A stretch of 63,928 bases of DNA, filler included, from Calcarisporiella thermophila CBS 279.70 (GCF_041956535.1; 11 parts of 11 records of this genome joined end to end with filler, not necessarily neighbours in it); one strand, 5' to 3'; numbered from the whole stretch's first letter, positions 10,474 through 24,029 are shown. Notes: generated by a model not told the origin, from the letters alone. Made by a program: numbers and translations.

Positions 10474-12829
10474 NNNNNNNNNNNNNNNNNNNNNNNNNNN
10501 NNNNNNNNNNNNNNNNNTTAATTAATTAANNNNNNNNNNNNNNNNNNNNNNNNNNNNNNNNNNNNNNNNNNNNAGCCGTATTGAATCATCCAGTGACCTA
10601 ACCCAGCTTGCATTATATGCTTTTTATGAATATGAAAATAAGAGAAGGGTATTCGCGAAGGTTATATAGTACATTGATAAAAAGGTAAGTTAGGTATAAT
10701 AATGAAAAAAAAAAATAATGGAATATTGATAATTTCATGACCAGTTAAGTTTCATTTTGCTACGCTTGCAGAAGCTTTTCTCTCTGTTATTCAAGACAAC
10801 CCAAATCATTGGCCGTGACGCCAGTATGAGTGATATCTGAGCCATGTAACAACCCCAGAAAGGCAGAGTTCACTATTTTTTTGGAGGTCGATAAAGAGAT
10901 AATGGGCGAGTGGGTTCAATACGTGATAAGTTCAAATTCTAGTACTATTTTCCCGCCGTATTCTAAGTAGGATAGTAAGATAGTAACTCGTTCACTGTAG
11001 AATATTTCAACAACATTTAGTTTTTTCTATTCATCTACTATTTCATAGGGCCGAACTACCAATGTTAAGCTAGTATATGCTAGTTTAGTTTCACGTTATG
11101 CTCAAATGATAGGAATTACAGGCATATCCCCACCACGAACAAATTGAGTGAAGTCCATAAAATCGGCATCTTGAACCGATACGCGAATACTTATTAAATG
11201 AGAGCTCCCGTTGGGAGAATGACCGTTCACCCACAGTAATGCCCGTATACCGCGAAGTATCGCCAACACAATAACAAGCGCACACCCACTTTGATGTCGA
11301 TAAACGCTTTGCTGTATTCGGTCGAACCAGTTTCAAGGAGTGGCAGAAATTTGGTTATAATATCTTGTATGATTTCCGTAGGAATCGATTAACGCTCTAC
11401 GCCCTAGGTCATATTTGATTATCCAATGGCCTACTCTCATATGACCTTCTCTAACTGCTTCCATTTTTTTTTCTTTCTGTAAACTTGAAAAAAAAAAAAA
11501 TTATGAGTGAAATATTTGAGATAAATGGTGCCGCCTCTTGAGTCAGTTTGCGACTTGAATATAAATTATATCCAGAGAGTTTTGGGGCAACTTAATATTT
11601 TTTATTTTTACCTAAATAATTTTTTTACAAACAACGCCCGTATACAAATCAATTAAATATTTGAAAAACTCGCGCTGTTACCATTGCATATTCAACAGTA
11701 TATCCTTTGCTAACTTCAAGTGAAATATTAATATTTGGAAATTTCAAGCCTGAGTAGACTTACTGGATTAGGAAATTGAAAAATCAAAGTTTCAGAAGTA
11801 TCTGCAACTGTTAATATATTTTAATAATTCGATTACTAGAGTAATATTTCTCAAATGCTTTTTTTTTTGCGTTCCTCAACTTCTCATCAAAACTTGTATA
11901 GCAAATTTATACCAAACTATACACCTATTATATCGTGATCACATTGTACCTTTATTATGGCAACTCTTTCGACTCCTATTCTCTATTTTATTTCACAGTT
12001 CGAGACACGAGTCTTGCTACACATAAAAGCGACTTTAAAAGATAATTCATCCTCTCTTGCTTATAAAAAGCAATTGGATAGCATTGCTTTTATTTTCCTT
12101 CCAGATATTGGATGTTTTTGTATACTCAATCACTAGAACACATGGATAATATCCCTACAAAAAACTCCAATAGAGAAAAGAGTTAAAAATCTTATAGAAA
12201 TTGTAGGGATGTGAAAACATATACAATCGCGAACCTTCTTTTACGATTTCTTATTCCATACTTCAAACTTTTCTCGACCCTTTCCTTTTCCTTATTTTTA
12301 TAGATTTCTTTGTAATATTACCCATTCGTTATTAATAGCAGATTAATTAAATGGGATATTTATTTAATTATTTCGCAATTATTATGGGTTGTACATTTTA
12401 CGGTAGCATTGTTCCGCTTCTTTTTCTTGCAGCTCTTATCAAATATCCATTTGGCCTGCTTGCTGATTCCATCTCTTCGCTTTCACTTGCGTCATTGACA
12501 CTCTTCCTCTTGGCCCTTTTCCTACTCTGTTTTTCCGGCTCTGCATTCTCCTGAGGTTGCTCTCCTTTTGTAACGGGTGTCTCCTGTGTTAAATTTGCTC
12601 TAATGCTATCCAATCCCTTTCGTCGTCTAATTAGAGGTATCTCTACACGAATATATGAGAAAGATTAATGGAGGATACATGAATTGATTTATCTAAGATT
12701 TGAATTGAATTTAAGGCAATTTNNNNNNNNNNNNNNNNNNNNNNNNNNNNNNNNNNNNNNNNNNNNTTAATTAATTAANNNNNNNNNNNNNNNNNNNNNN
12801 NNNNNNNNNNNNNNNNNNNNNNCTTACTG

Positions 12830-13382
12830 ACTCTATTACCACATATCAAACTTTTTCTTTAATTAGTGGATTCATTGGATTACCTGGAGAACTACGGTAA
12901 TATAGTTTCTATGTAGGTTAAAGGATTGTTATATGCACACGCCATATCACATGATATACTTTCAATCCTCTAGGATTCTATTCCGATATTTACGGGCAAA
13001 GCTAATATAGGGATTTTCATGTCTAGTTTATAGAAGAAGCCTTTTTTACATAAACCTGGATTCACTTTACTTCTATTCAGCGCATCACTCATTCCTGTCA
13101 GGGATATATCAAACTTGTAGTTCTCCTTGAGTTTTTCATTGGCATCCAAAAAAATATAATACTGGCTGGTATTGAAGTTTGAATGAAGAACTTTTCCTGT
13201 CTCTCTGAAAGAATGAGTGGATGACATGCAGTTGGCTTGAGAGCTTGAGTTGCGTACAAGCTTCGATATTTATTCGCGGAACCGCAGGTTATCCCAAGTG
13301 TACGCGAGATCTTCATGTATGATAAACTTTCGTTATATAAGAAGGCGATTCTAGATATGACTCCTTCTGGAAGTTTCTTCAT
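12830..13382 (-). pseudogene. degenerate Tc1-like transposase N-terminal (HTH) region
   Basis: MKKLPEGVISRIAFLYNESLSYMKISRTLGITCGSANKY...PLILSERQEK, then frameshifts and stops. Confidence 0.55.
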
Positions 13383-14149
13383 TAAGAGTTGCGGTAAGAA
13401 GTTGATACCAAGAAGAGCAGCAGGGTGCGAAGTGGTAACTTTAATATATATTTTAATAAATGCTCTAAATTATTTACGGTTTATAAAAAATGTTTACAAT
13501 TATTCGGGGAAGCGCATAAAGTGATCGAACAAGGGAATGACTTTAGGCGTTCATAACTCTTGCAAAAATGGTTTATCTTTGAAACCAAGTAGTGAAACAT
13601 GCAAAGCAGGGATAAAGTCATCAATGCTACGTAGTGCTCTTATTTTACAATTCTTTTTGAGCGAGAAATGGAAAATCAAAATTAAAACATAAGAACATTC
13701 GATCACATTCCGAGGGCAGTTTATATAGAAAATAAAAGAATGATCGGAAATACTAGGAGTCATCACACCATAATAAAAGACCTTCTTCATAAAAATAATT
13801 CTCATATGCTAATTTACATATTTTACTCAAAATACAGTAGAAGAATAATGATATAGGAAATACTATGGAAAAATTTCCATTTCATTATTTAGATATAGCA
13901 AAATGGACCACGTGTTCCCTTCAACGTGCGAGTTATACAGTATTCAGTACGAGGTTCAACATTCACTTACAATGGCTCTTGATATTTAATGTTCATTACT
14001 GTAAATGTCGATATGAATCAAGCTTATTAATCTAAAAATTAACTCACAGTATTTCTTTTATTTTTGCAATAGGTATTCGAGTTTGATACTATTTATTAAA
14101 TTTTAATTTGCAGTAATTCAAAATAAACTCGAGGCTAACTCTGATCCAT

Positions 14150-14500
14150 GGACGCGCAAACCTACTTAGGGTTTGTTTCCCAAATGCCACACTTTTCCAA
14201 ACGTCCAACCGGGAAGTGTTTCCAGTTCCATGGAACAATTAAAAACTCTCTTAATGATCTCTTGAATTTCCAGCAGTCTGCGTGGCAGCCCTGTCGATAC
14301 TCATACTGTAGTTACTGAAGGACGAATTGCTCCCATCCTTGCTGATGTATACCTCGTAGCTCGCGCATGATGTTGAAATGCATTTCAAACCGCTGCCTCC
14401 ACTTTTATTCCGTTCCCACCTCTCATATATTATACTGCAATATTTTCTCGAGCTGTACGCGAGAAATAAGGGCTTTCATAGGGTTACGTGAATCTGTTCC
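14150..14500 (-). pseudogene. decayed paralogue of the C-terminal module of the 15414-20586 protein
   Basis: KWRQRFEMHFNIMRELRGIHQQGWEQF* and LETLPGWTFGKVW vs WGKRFEMYFNTSKELRGKYMQGWDRL and METLPNSQPKGKVW. Confidence 0.7.
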
Positions 14501-14599
14501 AGTCTCGTTTGGAGATGTCCTTGCATCCACACTCCCGTTAGCTGCCTAAGAGACTTTGCGTATCAGAGTCTCGGAAAATTGTAAACTGCGCACCTAACT

Positions 14600-14910
14600 A
14601 TGCGAATATACGGTATATGTGTGATGCCTATTTCCCATATTCATCTCTGGTGAATGCTGCAGGAATGAAAATGAGAAGCGACAGCGGTAAAAAGTGGAGA
14701 CAGCGCTTTGAGATGTATTTCAACGCAAGGCGGGAGCTCCGGGTACCCACAAGCTAGAGAGGGATCAGGCTGTCCCTATCTATGAACATTGAATGCGCTG
14801 TCGCTCAATCTCTCCATTATGAACTCAACAGTTCAACAAGGTATATCTTGGAAAATTCATAAAGTTGGAGCCCTTTTCCGATTCAATAACTCGTAAAGTG
14901 TGAAGCGCGG
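14600..14910 (+). pseudogene. second decayed paralogue of the same C-terminal module, opposite orientation
   Basis: KWRQRFEMYFNARRELR and KLEPFSDSITRKV*. Confidence 0.6.
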
Positions 14911-15413
14911 TAACAAGCGCCATTCTGCTTCACGATTCAATGTAGAGAGTGCAAGTCTGATGAGATGTACTGGATCGTAGTTTGTATCTACTCTCAGCCG
15001 GCATCTCGTCGAATTGATTTGAGCTCTAGAAAGGTATTTCTTCGATCAACAAAGAGGGCCACTCAATCTCTTGTGCCTACGAAAGGGTGTAAGCTCAATT
15101 TGCTAGAATTTCCCATTCAAAATGTTCAATAGCATTTCTGCTGAGATTAAATAGTAAACATTTATGCCTAGTATACCGGGTAAAAATATAAGTTAGAATT
15201 GGTACAGCGTGTAAGTGGGCGCTTTCATCTTACAGTTGCCAAAAGAGAGCGTTAAGCAAATTTAGAGAGAGGGCGAGTCAACTGCACCTCGCAGCAATGT
15301 TTTATTTATATTGAATCATAAGCCACCCTCAAATCGTACTGTATATTGGATATGACTAGAGTTCTGTCCCCGAAGAAGGATACAATTTAATATTGATAAG
15401 GATAAAAGGTTCA

Positions 15414-18400
15414 TTATTTCTTGGCCAAGGTCTCATTTAATACAAAATGGACCCAAGTTTCTTTAGAGCCCCGCATTTTCAGCGAATCTTTTGGATGAGA
15501 TCTGGTTTGCCACACCTTTCCCTTGGGCTGAGAGTTTGGGAGTGTTTCCATACGCATAAATCTGGCAAGCAGACAGTCATCGAGCTTTTTCATATCCTCA
15601 GCAGCCAAGTTTAGGCATGTTTGTCGGTAGAGCCGAAGATATTGAAGTCGATCCCATCCCTGCATATATTTGCCGCGAAGTTCTTTAGATGTGTTGAAAT
15701 ACATCTCAAAACGCTTTCCCCACGACAGACCAGCAGGATGGCCAACCTTTGATCCCCCAAGATTAACCCGTACAGAAAACATAAAATATGGGTTGCGTAC
15801 ATACCGCTTGATCTCATCAATTGTAAAATTAACTCTCTCCAACTCTTGATATAACGGATTGCTTAGGTGGACGGCTGGATTTGGAAACAGTGACCACAAA
15901 TCTTTCTTGAATTCTCGAAAGATTTGTCTTGCCATCTGCCGCATAGTCCTCTCTAATCCATGGGCACCTTTCAGCTGATCTTCATTGCAAGGGAGCTCGA
16001 TATCAGTGTCGCTCTCGTCAGTTTCATATGCATCTAATGATTTAGGGAAAAAAAAACATAAAATATAAATGAGTGACAAGGGGGGATGCGAGGAGTAAAC
16101 ATTTCAATCAAACAGGTCATCTTGATTGACTGATTTCTGATAAATTTACCTGGATTCCGAGTGATATAATCTTCGGGTTGCAACCTATCAGTCGGAGTAT
16201 GAGGGTTTCTACTTGAGCTAGCTTGGATCGCGTGAGGTTGGTTCTGCACCCTCTTTCTGAGATTTACAGTACGACGAAAACCGTGAACTTTAGCAAATCG
16301 CCCCTCATCAAACTCGAAGCTAAGAAACAGATTTTGGGGAATAAAAGAAGGAATGGCACCCAAGTTGAACTTTACCATCCCATTCAATGCCTCGACAAAG
16401 TGAGGTTGCCGTAAAAACGACCCATAGTCATCAGGGCGCGAGATAATACTTTTGATAAGCCATACTATGATGCCCGTCAAATTGACACTACAACAAAGCA
16501 AATATAGAGTAGAGAGATGAGTATCGTAATTAACCAAAAAAAAACAAAAAAAATGAAAATCCAAGGATCTCGCTCAAAAAAAGTATGATCCTTCATTAGA
16601 TCATGGTTTTTTTTTCCTGGAAAATTGGGCTTTTACACTACCTTTGTACTTCCACACGGTCTTTTATCGCAGTTAGACTCTGGCGGCGGAGGATTTCGTC
16701 ATATGCCTTGAGTTTGGCCAATTTAAATTGGCTGACTAGAGATGTTGGGACAGCAGCAAATGCTCTTTTGGAAACAAAGGAACGAGCGCGCTCCTGAACC
16801 ACGTCGAACACCTTTCTAAAGGCAGAGAGGCTCATACGCATCTCAAGCCTTACCCCAAACGACTCATTTTTCGCGCTCGTCCATGCAGTTTTCATCGCAC
16901 TCACGCTGTCCTGGTATCTCTTGTTGTAGAACAAAGCGTCGTCCGGATCGAATTTAAGAACGCCTGCCTTGCTGCCCTTCGTGCAGCTGTACAGAACCTC
17001 TTTCTCTAGGTGATAGGCTTGAATAAAAGCGCAGTGGATCGCTTTCCGAATCCTCATTGGCCATTCGGCGGCCTTCCCTCCCAACGTAGAGCAATGGTTC
17101 CAACTATCCCTTCGTGGCAGCGCGGTTGCTTTGCATTGCTGGAATAGTTCGTCGAGAAACGTGGCTCGCCACAGGAGGGTTCGGGCGCCAGAGCGTTTAT
17201 CTTGAAAATACCATTCCACACCAAGATCCACCATGATCGCATCGCTGGACATTTGCTCAAAATCCAACGACGGACACTTTTCCTGCACGTAGCTCATTGT
17301 GTCGGAATAGCTGGATTTGGTGGCGAGCTTAAGGTTTTTCGCGTAAATGTGAAAGAAAAAATCGCGAAAATCCTCGAGACTTCGCGTGGTTTCTACCCTT
17401 TTGCGCATTTCCTCCACTACTCGTGGTATGAAGGAGCTATGTAAGACGAACCCGGGATACTTGAATTCTCCTTTGCGAGTCATTGAATTTTTCATGGTGA
17501 GATCATACGAGAGAGGGAAATGACAATGGGCATCTACCGTAGTCACGGCCAAAATAGAAGGCAGGAGAAGTTCATCGTAGAATCTGGCCATGTCTTTTGA
17601 AGTGACGAAATTGATCCAACGCCCTTTCTCCGACCTTTTTCGCAATCGTGGAAAAAGAATGAGTAGCCTAAAGTTGCCCATGGGCCCAAAGTGGGCAAGC
17701 TCAAAGTTCGGTATTTGTGAAAGCCGCACCTCCCCTCCCTCACTGTCGGGAATTTGCACGTACAAGTGATTGTGAGTGGTGAGGGTCGCTGAGCGATTTG
17801 GAAACGGGAAGATTTTAATTTCTTCCTTCACGGGAATTACATCTCCGGTCCAGAGAAAGGAATCAATATCAACCGCAATCCCAATCTTGTATAACAGGTA
17901 CGAAAAAAAAAATAACATCAGTAGCTGCCAATGATAATGCTGCTGGATTAGGGAACAAAAAGTGATTCCCAAGAAAATGCTGCTTTACCTCTCTCTCATC
18001 AAAACCAAAATGATCGTCGAATGTTAAACGGATTTTCTTTCCCTGATCATCTTTCCCGCAAACTACCCATTGAATCAATCTATCCATCGAGTTCTCAGAG
18101 GAGGATTCTAATTTCGATAAAAAGGTTTCCAGCGTGTAATTTGCCTCGTTGTCAACGCAAGTCTTATCCAATCCATCTTGATCAACAGAAGCCATTGAAC
18201 CCGTATTTAAAATAGAATCCATTAATACTTTGTCGTCAAGCGTAGAGAACATTGCATATCGGTTCGTTGGGCAGTTTGGGGTAGGAAGTAAGCGCGGTAC
18301 GACAGGCTCTTCCTTTTCCTCGGATTCTTCTGACCCTTTATCTCCTTCTGACTCGTAGTATTCCTTGAAAACTTCGAATTTGTCGTATTCTTCCGGCCCC

Positions 18401-20586
18401 ACAATTTCCTCGGATTCACTTGATTCCTCATATTCTTCAGATTCTCTATACTCCTCTGATTCGTTTGACGCTTCGGACGCATCAGATACTTCGGATTCAT
18501 CTGAGGGATCCCAGTAGATGACATTATCTTTCTAATCCAATTGAATAGTCGTGAGTTTTGGTTAAGCTCAAAAGTGGGTTAAAAAGATTCAATCAGACAC
18601 ATTTCGACAAAGAGGGGTCTAATTATCCTAGACAAAATGGTCCAACATAACTTAGGCTACTTACATTAAACTCAATTTGAGGGATAACCACACGGACAAT
18701 GTTGTTTCGAAATTCGCCTCTTCGTTGTCTGGCTATTTCACTTGGCGTGAAATGGCGCGGTGGATCAAAATATAAATCAGTCCCGTCCAACATCTTCACC
18801 CACTCTACAAGGGTGAAGACCTCCGGCTCGGATTCAACAAGAGCAGGTAGCGAGCTAATTTTACCAGCAAGAATAGCTTTGCGCATAAATTCTCGAAAAA
18901 CACCTGCCGGTAAGATAATCTTAGCAGGATCTAGTCCTGTAGCCAAGGCAACCAAGATCATACAAGCGAGTGGGCCGCAATCGAAATTATTCGTCTGCTT
19001 TATGCACGGTTCAGTTGCAGAGTTGTGACTCCACCCTCGACCCACTCTCCACCCCAGCCCCTCCTTCAGAAAATTGGCGTACAGAGCATAATCTTGGTCA
19101 TCTGCCATCTCAAATACCGTACAGTAACAACGACCCGATTTCGTTGCCCGGTCAAAACTGTAAACATTCCAATGCTGGTTGTTGTTATTGAGGAACACCG
19201 CACGCTCGTAGCGAGGTGGAAAATCCAAATTCTTCCCATTTGGCCGTATACTGCTACTTTGACGAGAGGACCGCGATCCTAAAGGGAGAAACTGGCGTAA
19301 CGTGGATAGGCCAATATAGAGGTCGCTTGCAAGCATGGCAGCGTCCAAGTACTCCTTCAATATTTGCAGAAAATAATCGATGATCTCATCGTTAAGCCAA
19401 TGAGGCTCGTTAAGAAGGTCAATATGCTTCAAAGCGGCCCATTGTGGCGGCTTATACAGGAAAACGTTGCTTTCGCTCTTTCTGGAAACGGAGAAATGAA
19501 ACAATTTAGAAAGAAGCATATTGCCAATGGTTAAAAATTGGCTTTCAACGCAAAGTAGTTACAAACGTTAAAAGCATTGAGCTTCCATACCCTATTTCTG
19601 AGACTTTGGATTTTCTGCGGGATGCTATTGAGGGCTCAGGCGATAATGCATGACAAGGGGGGGAAATAGGACGATTGGTGAGAGAAGAGCACGATGGAGA
19701 AGATTCAGTCAGTGAGTTGGGAGATTCAGATGGTGCGGGAGGTATACAACTGGACCCCACTATATGTTGAAAAATAAATGCAGAAATTAACTAATTGAAC
19801 CCATAAAATCCGCCTTAATTTGCTAATATTTCCTCTTTAAAAAATACGAGAGATAGAGGGAAAATATTTACCGGTTTCAGCGTGAGGAGATATATATTCT
19901 GATTGTAATGGTTTAGCAACTTCATTCGCATTGATCTCAATGTGATCATCCGAAGCGATAAATTCAGAGGAATTGTTGTGATTATCGACATCAATGTAAA
20001 TGGGGCCCGAAGGTGAGAGCTCTTTGGAAGAAAAGGCTTGCTCACACACGTGTATCTACAATACCGGGAATGAAGACAGTTTGGAAATTTGATGCCGATT
20101 AACATCACTTACAGGTGTAATAGCCGGCCTGTCCACCATCACATTGACATCTTCAAATTCCGGAGCCTCAATTACCGTTCCCAGCACTGATTCATTGCGC
20201 TAAGTAATGGGTTAGATTGGAAATGGCTTCAATATATAATTTACACTTTATGGCCTTTGTCTCTATGTTACCTCATTGACTTCTTCATAACTCAATGTAC
20301 TCACCATCGACTCTGGCTTCTCTTTCTCTGTATCTTCGGAGGTCATTGGTTGCTCCTTCAGTAAACTCATCTCCAATCTGCGTTTTTTCCGCTGATAATA
20401 TTCTCGGCTGCTTTTCCTCTTTCGCTCGCGCAACTCATTGGCCTTTTCTGGATCGTTCATCGCTTCCCTGTAATATTTACGCTGACGCTCCGCATGTGCT
20501 TTTTTGGCACTCTCTATTCTCGCGTCGATGTTCGCATGAGCTTGTTGAATTTTAGAAACGTCCTTGATGGGAGGATTATTGACCAT
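15414..20586 (-). CDS. 9-exon, 1438-aa protein: basic N-terminus, Ulp1/C48-like cysteine protease, acidic linker, large unassigned domain
   Basis: Exons 20586-20272, 20199-20113, 20055-19872, 19759-19591, 19481-18665, 18531-17989, 17885-16642, 16487-16150, 16033-15414. All introns GT-AG, phases match, total 4317 nt. Protease motifs WLNDEIIDYF, NNNNQHW, QTNNFDCG. Confidence 0.8.
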
Positions 20587-21057
20587 GACGAGCGATGAAT
20601 TCCAAAGCTTGATAAAATCCTCAGAACGAGACGATCAGGGGGAGATTTTAATAGTCTCTGAAGCAAACCACGTGTGTTGACAATTTGTATTTTGCATTGA
20701 GGGCGTTGGAATTTGTGCCTTTCTCAGATATCCAGTCATTACCACTTGCGACAGATTTCCAAGCAGTGAAATAAGAAGGTCCTCAATGGAGTTGGCCAAT
20801 AGGGGAGGAATGCTGAACTAAGCTATTGAAGTTGATTACACGGGAATAGACCCAAAGCCGAATTTCAAAGCGCTTCTCATCTCTAATTCTAAAGGGATGC
20901 ATATGATACTGTATTACCCCAGCTACTCAACGACCTACTTGAGCCAACTGATATCTTATTTACTATCCGGTCCAAGGTAAAAAATAATGCTTATCGGTGT
21001 ACACTACAGTATATCGAAATATAGCGGATATTGGGTGTGGGAGGGATCTAGTATTAA

Positions 21058-21274
21058 TGTAATAAACATAAGTAGGGTTCGATAGATACTAATGTTTATT
21101 ACACTAAAATAAATTCGTAAAAAGACGTAAAGTCGGTTCCTAAAGAAATTCAGTTAAAGATTCGGTAAAGACGTAATTAAGTTCTGCAAGTGATTTTATA
21201 CGTAAAGTAAAAATATCCGAGATCGATTGTCAATAAATTAAACATATAATTTATTAGCTACTCTACTTGTTACA
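21058..21274 (-). mobile_element. solo LTR with 5-bp TSD (attaa)
   Basis: TG...CA ends; attaa at 21053-21057 and 21275-21279; homologous to 10156-10366. Confidence 0.88.
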
Positions 21275-22254
21275 ATTAACCTCTAATATCCCATCAAAAT
21301 AATTGAAGTTTCTTTGACGTCCTCCACCTCTTTGATGGATTTCTCATCTCTGTATTCAGAAAAGATACAGTAACCCACCTCGCAGTGGTTCAAAATAATA
21401 GCCACTTCTTGCCGTAGCCAACTGATTGACAATCGGATGAAATCTCCGAGTTGCTTTCCGGCATCTGAAACCGCTGAATTTATTTGTTTGCATTATAGGA
21501 ACCAATCACCAAAATTGGAACTGACAGGTCATTGTCCAATTAATCGCCCATTTCCCTTTCTCTCTTATATTAAATTTTACTGTAATTGTTTATGCTGGCT
21601 GCCCTTCTTTTTAGAGCATCTCTCCCTGCTAGAATCTTTTGCTAATATTTTCGAAAATTTCCGGCAGTACTGTCATTTTAATATAAATTACTCTCGTCAG
21701 CTTGTTGTGTATCACCCATCGCAATTGATTATCTTTCTTCAATATACATTCATTCTTTGAGATAAATTGTAGTATTAGGAATCGGAAATATTGGGGATCA
21801 TTTCGTATTTGGGTTGTTGGTCAAGCGTCTTCATTGTAATATGACTTCATAGCACTAATAAAAAATATACCAACAATACCCTGAATTTAATGGATCATAT
21901 TTCTTACTTTATATCCAAATTTTTCTCACTTTGTATTTTCCATTTAACCTCAGAGTGTTCTCACTAAAGGGTTAAAAAAGAGCAAAGATATCAACCAGTA
22001 GTGATAATGATGCGATTATTGGAAATAATCTATAGATATACTGTATTTTTATTAATTTAAATATAAATCTAGATACAAAAATGCCAAAATATCACCCGGG
22101 AACTTACTGTGTTGCTTTGCTTTCTTATCCTTACTCGGGAAAAGTTATAAGTAGNNNNNNNNNNNNNNNNNNNNNNNNNNNNNNNNNNNNNNNNNNNNTT
22201 AATTAATTAANNNNNNNNNNNNNNNNNNNNNNNNNNNNNNNNNNNNNNNNNNNN

Positions 22255-22800
22255 CCAGGTAGGTATGGCTAATGGTTTCCACTGCGTTGGTTGTGCATCG
22301 CTTGCAAATATTAGGTTCTCCTGTCCACTTACTAGTGATGATGTTTGTCACCAATCTGTGTTTCAAGAGTCTCCATCTTAGTGTCCTATGCTTGGGTTCG
22401 CTCGGCCGCTTTTTCCAGTACATCCAAGTTACCTCCCAACTGAGGGAATCACTTGAGGTCTCTTTCCATTCCGGAGTGATATTCTCTCCTTTGCTTGTCT
22501 TGTAGAGCCTCCCGATTTTTGTACGGAAGTTTTTGATCTTTGTGCCAGCTAGCACACATTTACCCAGCGGGAACGTGCATGGTCCTTCAATCTGTGGTAT
22601 ATCCTGTAACAGGGCATCAGCCAGTTGTGGGTTCAGTTGGATCTCTCGTTTCCTCCAGTGCCACTGAAGAACTATGTAGCTGTCCCTAAATCGGCTGGAA
22701 TATTGGTCGGAATTTCTCGCCACGTATTCATGGACTTCTGGTTCTACCATCGGTTTATATGTATTAGTCCTTCGGTTGAGTTTAAAGAAGTCACCTAGTT
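22255..22800 (-). mobile_element. LINE ORF2 C-terminal fragment (second family) with zf-RVT
   Basis: PKHRTLRWRLLKHRL...CKRCTTNAVETISHTYL. Confidence 0.8.
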
Positions 22801-22809
22801 TGGCCAGTC

Positions 22810-24027
22810 CTACACTTTCTTCGAAACTGTTCGATTTGCCGGTTTTTTCGTGCTCGGATTAGTTCGGCTCCTATCACTTCCTCAATATCTAGTTTGGCCC
22901 GGCTGATGATTATTTCGGGTGAGGCTCGGGTGCTTTCGAAATGAAAGGCGATCCGATCTCGGTGGATTTGCCACAACACGAGTCAAAAGTAAATCGGGCT
23001 ACGTGTCTCGCTGTTCTCGAGGATTCCGTGAGGTCTCCTAGTATGAGGTTGCGAGCAGTCAGCACCGGAGTATTCTGGGGGCCTATGATGGTGACGATGC
23101 ACCTCTCCGCCCATTGCCATACTGGTGTGAGTTCAGGACATTCGAAGAAAGTATGCCGAATTGTGTCTCTTGAGGCGTTACATCGGGTGCACTTCGGGTC
23201 GTGACCAGGAAATGTCGAGTTAGTGATCACTCGTTCCACAAGAATCCGCCAGCGTAGCGCACGGTGTTTTGGGAGGGTGGGTCGTTTGTGGACGGAAGTC
23301 CAGATTTTCTTCCAATCCTCGGGTGTAGATCCAGCCTCTGGCCAGGATTGAGGCACCAATATGTTCGGCTCTAGAGAGCCGTTGCGCCGGAAGTAATGTC
23401 CTTGTCGGGTGGAGTATTCTACGACAGAACTGCCGGCCAGGTGGCAGTGATAAAGTGGGAAACGGGGGTGAGGGTGTTGTTGCGGTATATCAGTACACTC
23501 CGTAACCTTTGCAACTAAGCTCGGGGGTAAGTTGAGGTAACGGAGCTCCCATCCAAGAGAACGGTTGCAGTATCGGCGGTGACACGCGTTCCTTAGCCTT
23601 TCTATAGGGAGCGCAGAATATCTACGCTCCATTTCCGATTGCCTTCCAATATTCCTGTCAAATAAAGCCTGATTATGGAGCGATCTGCACTCGATTTGTC
23701 CTCCCCAGCGTACGAAAGTTAGTATCTCATTGAGGAGGTATGGCGGTGTTGGGGGTTTTGGCTCCTCCATTTGTCGGCCCTCGTCTGTGATTAACGGGCA
23801 CTTGTAGAGAGGTAGGGACAAGACCTCAGTCGCAGTCCAGTTTGGTGATGCTACTGGGCTACCTCCGAGCGTACGCCACGTTTGGAACTGATTAAACCAG
23901 AACCCTCCTTTGCGTTTTAGCTTGGCAGTGGAGAACGTGGTGGCAAAGATGGCTGTACCGTAGCCTTCTGGAGCATACTTTCCTGTCAGGTTAAGAAGTG
24001 AGATGCTTGCCCAAAGGGATACCGTAT
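22810..24027 (-). mobile_element. LINE ORF2 C-terminal half, truncated at both ends, frameshifted
   Basis: CTRCNASRDTIRHTFFECP (CCHC); near-identical overlap with 60201-60452 and 56830-57115. Confidence 0.9.
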
Positions 24028-24029
24028 GA

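Noticed and set aside
10574-12722. Possible coding remnants (11091-11336, 12398-12613)
   Set aside because: Short, stop-ridden and without identifiable motifs; not supportable.
18623-19519. Stand-alone host ULP1 gene or Polinton/adenoviral protease
   Set aside because: It splices in frame into the larger gene; no pPolB, capsid or packaging ATPase is seen.
13400-22154. Terminal inverted repeats or TSD delimiting the putative new element
   Set aside because: I could not find convincing termini by eye; the boundaries remain undefined.
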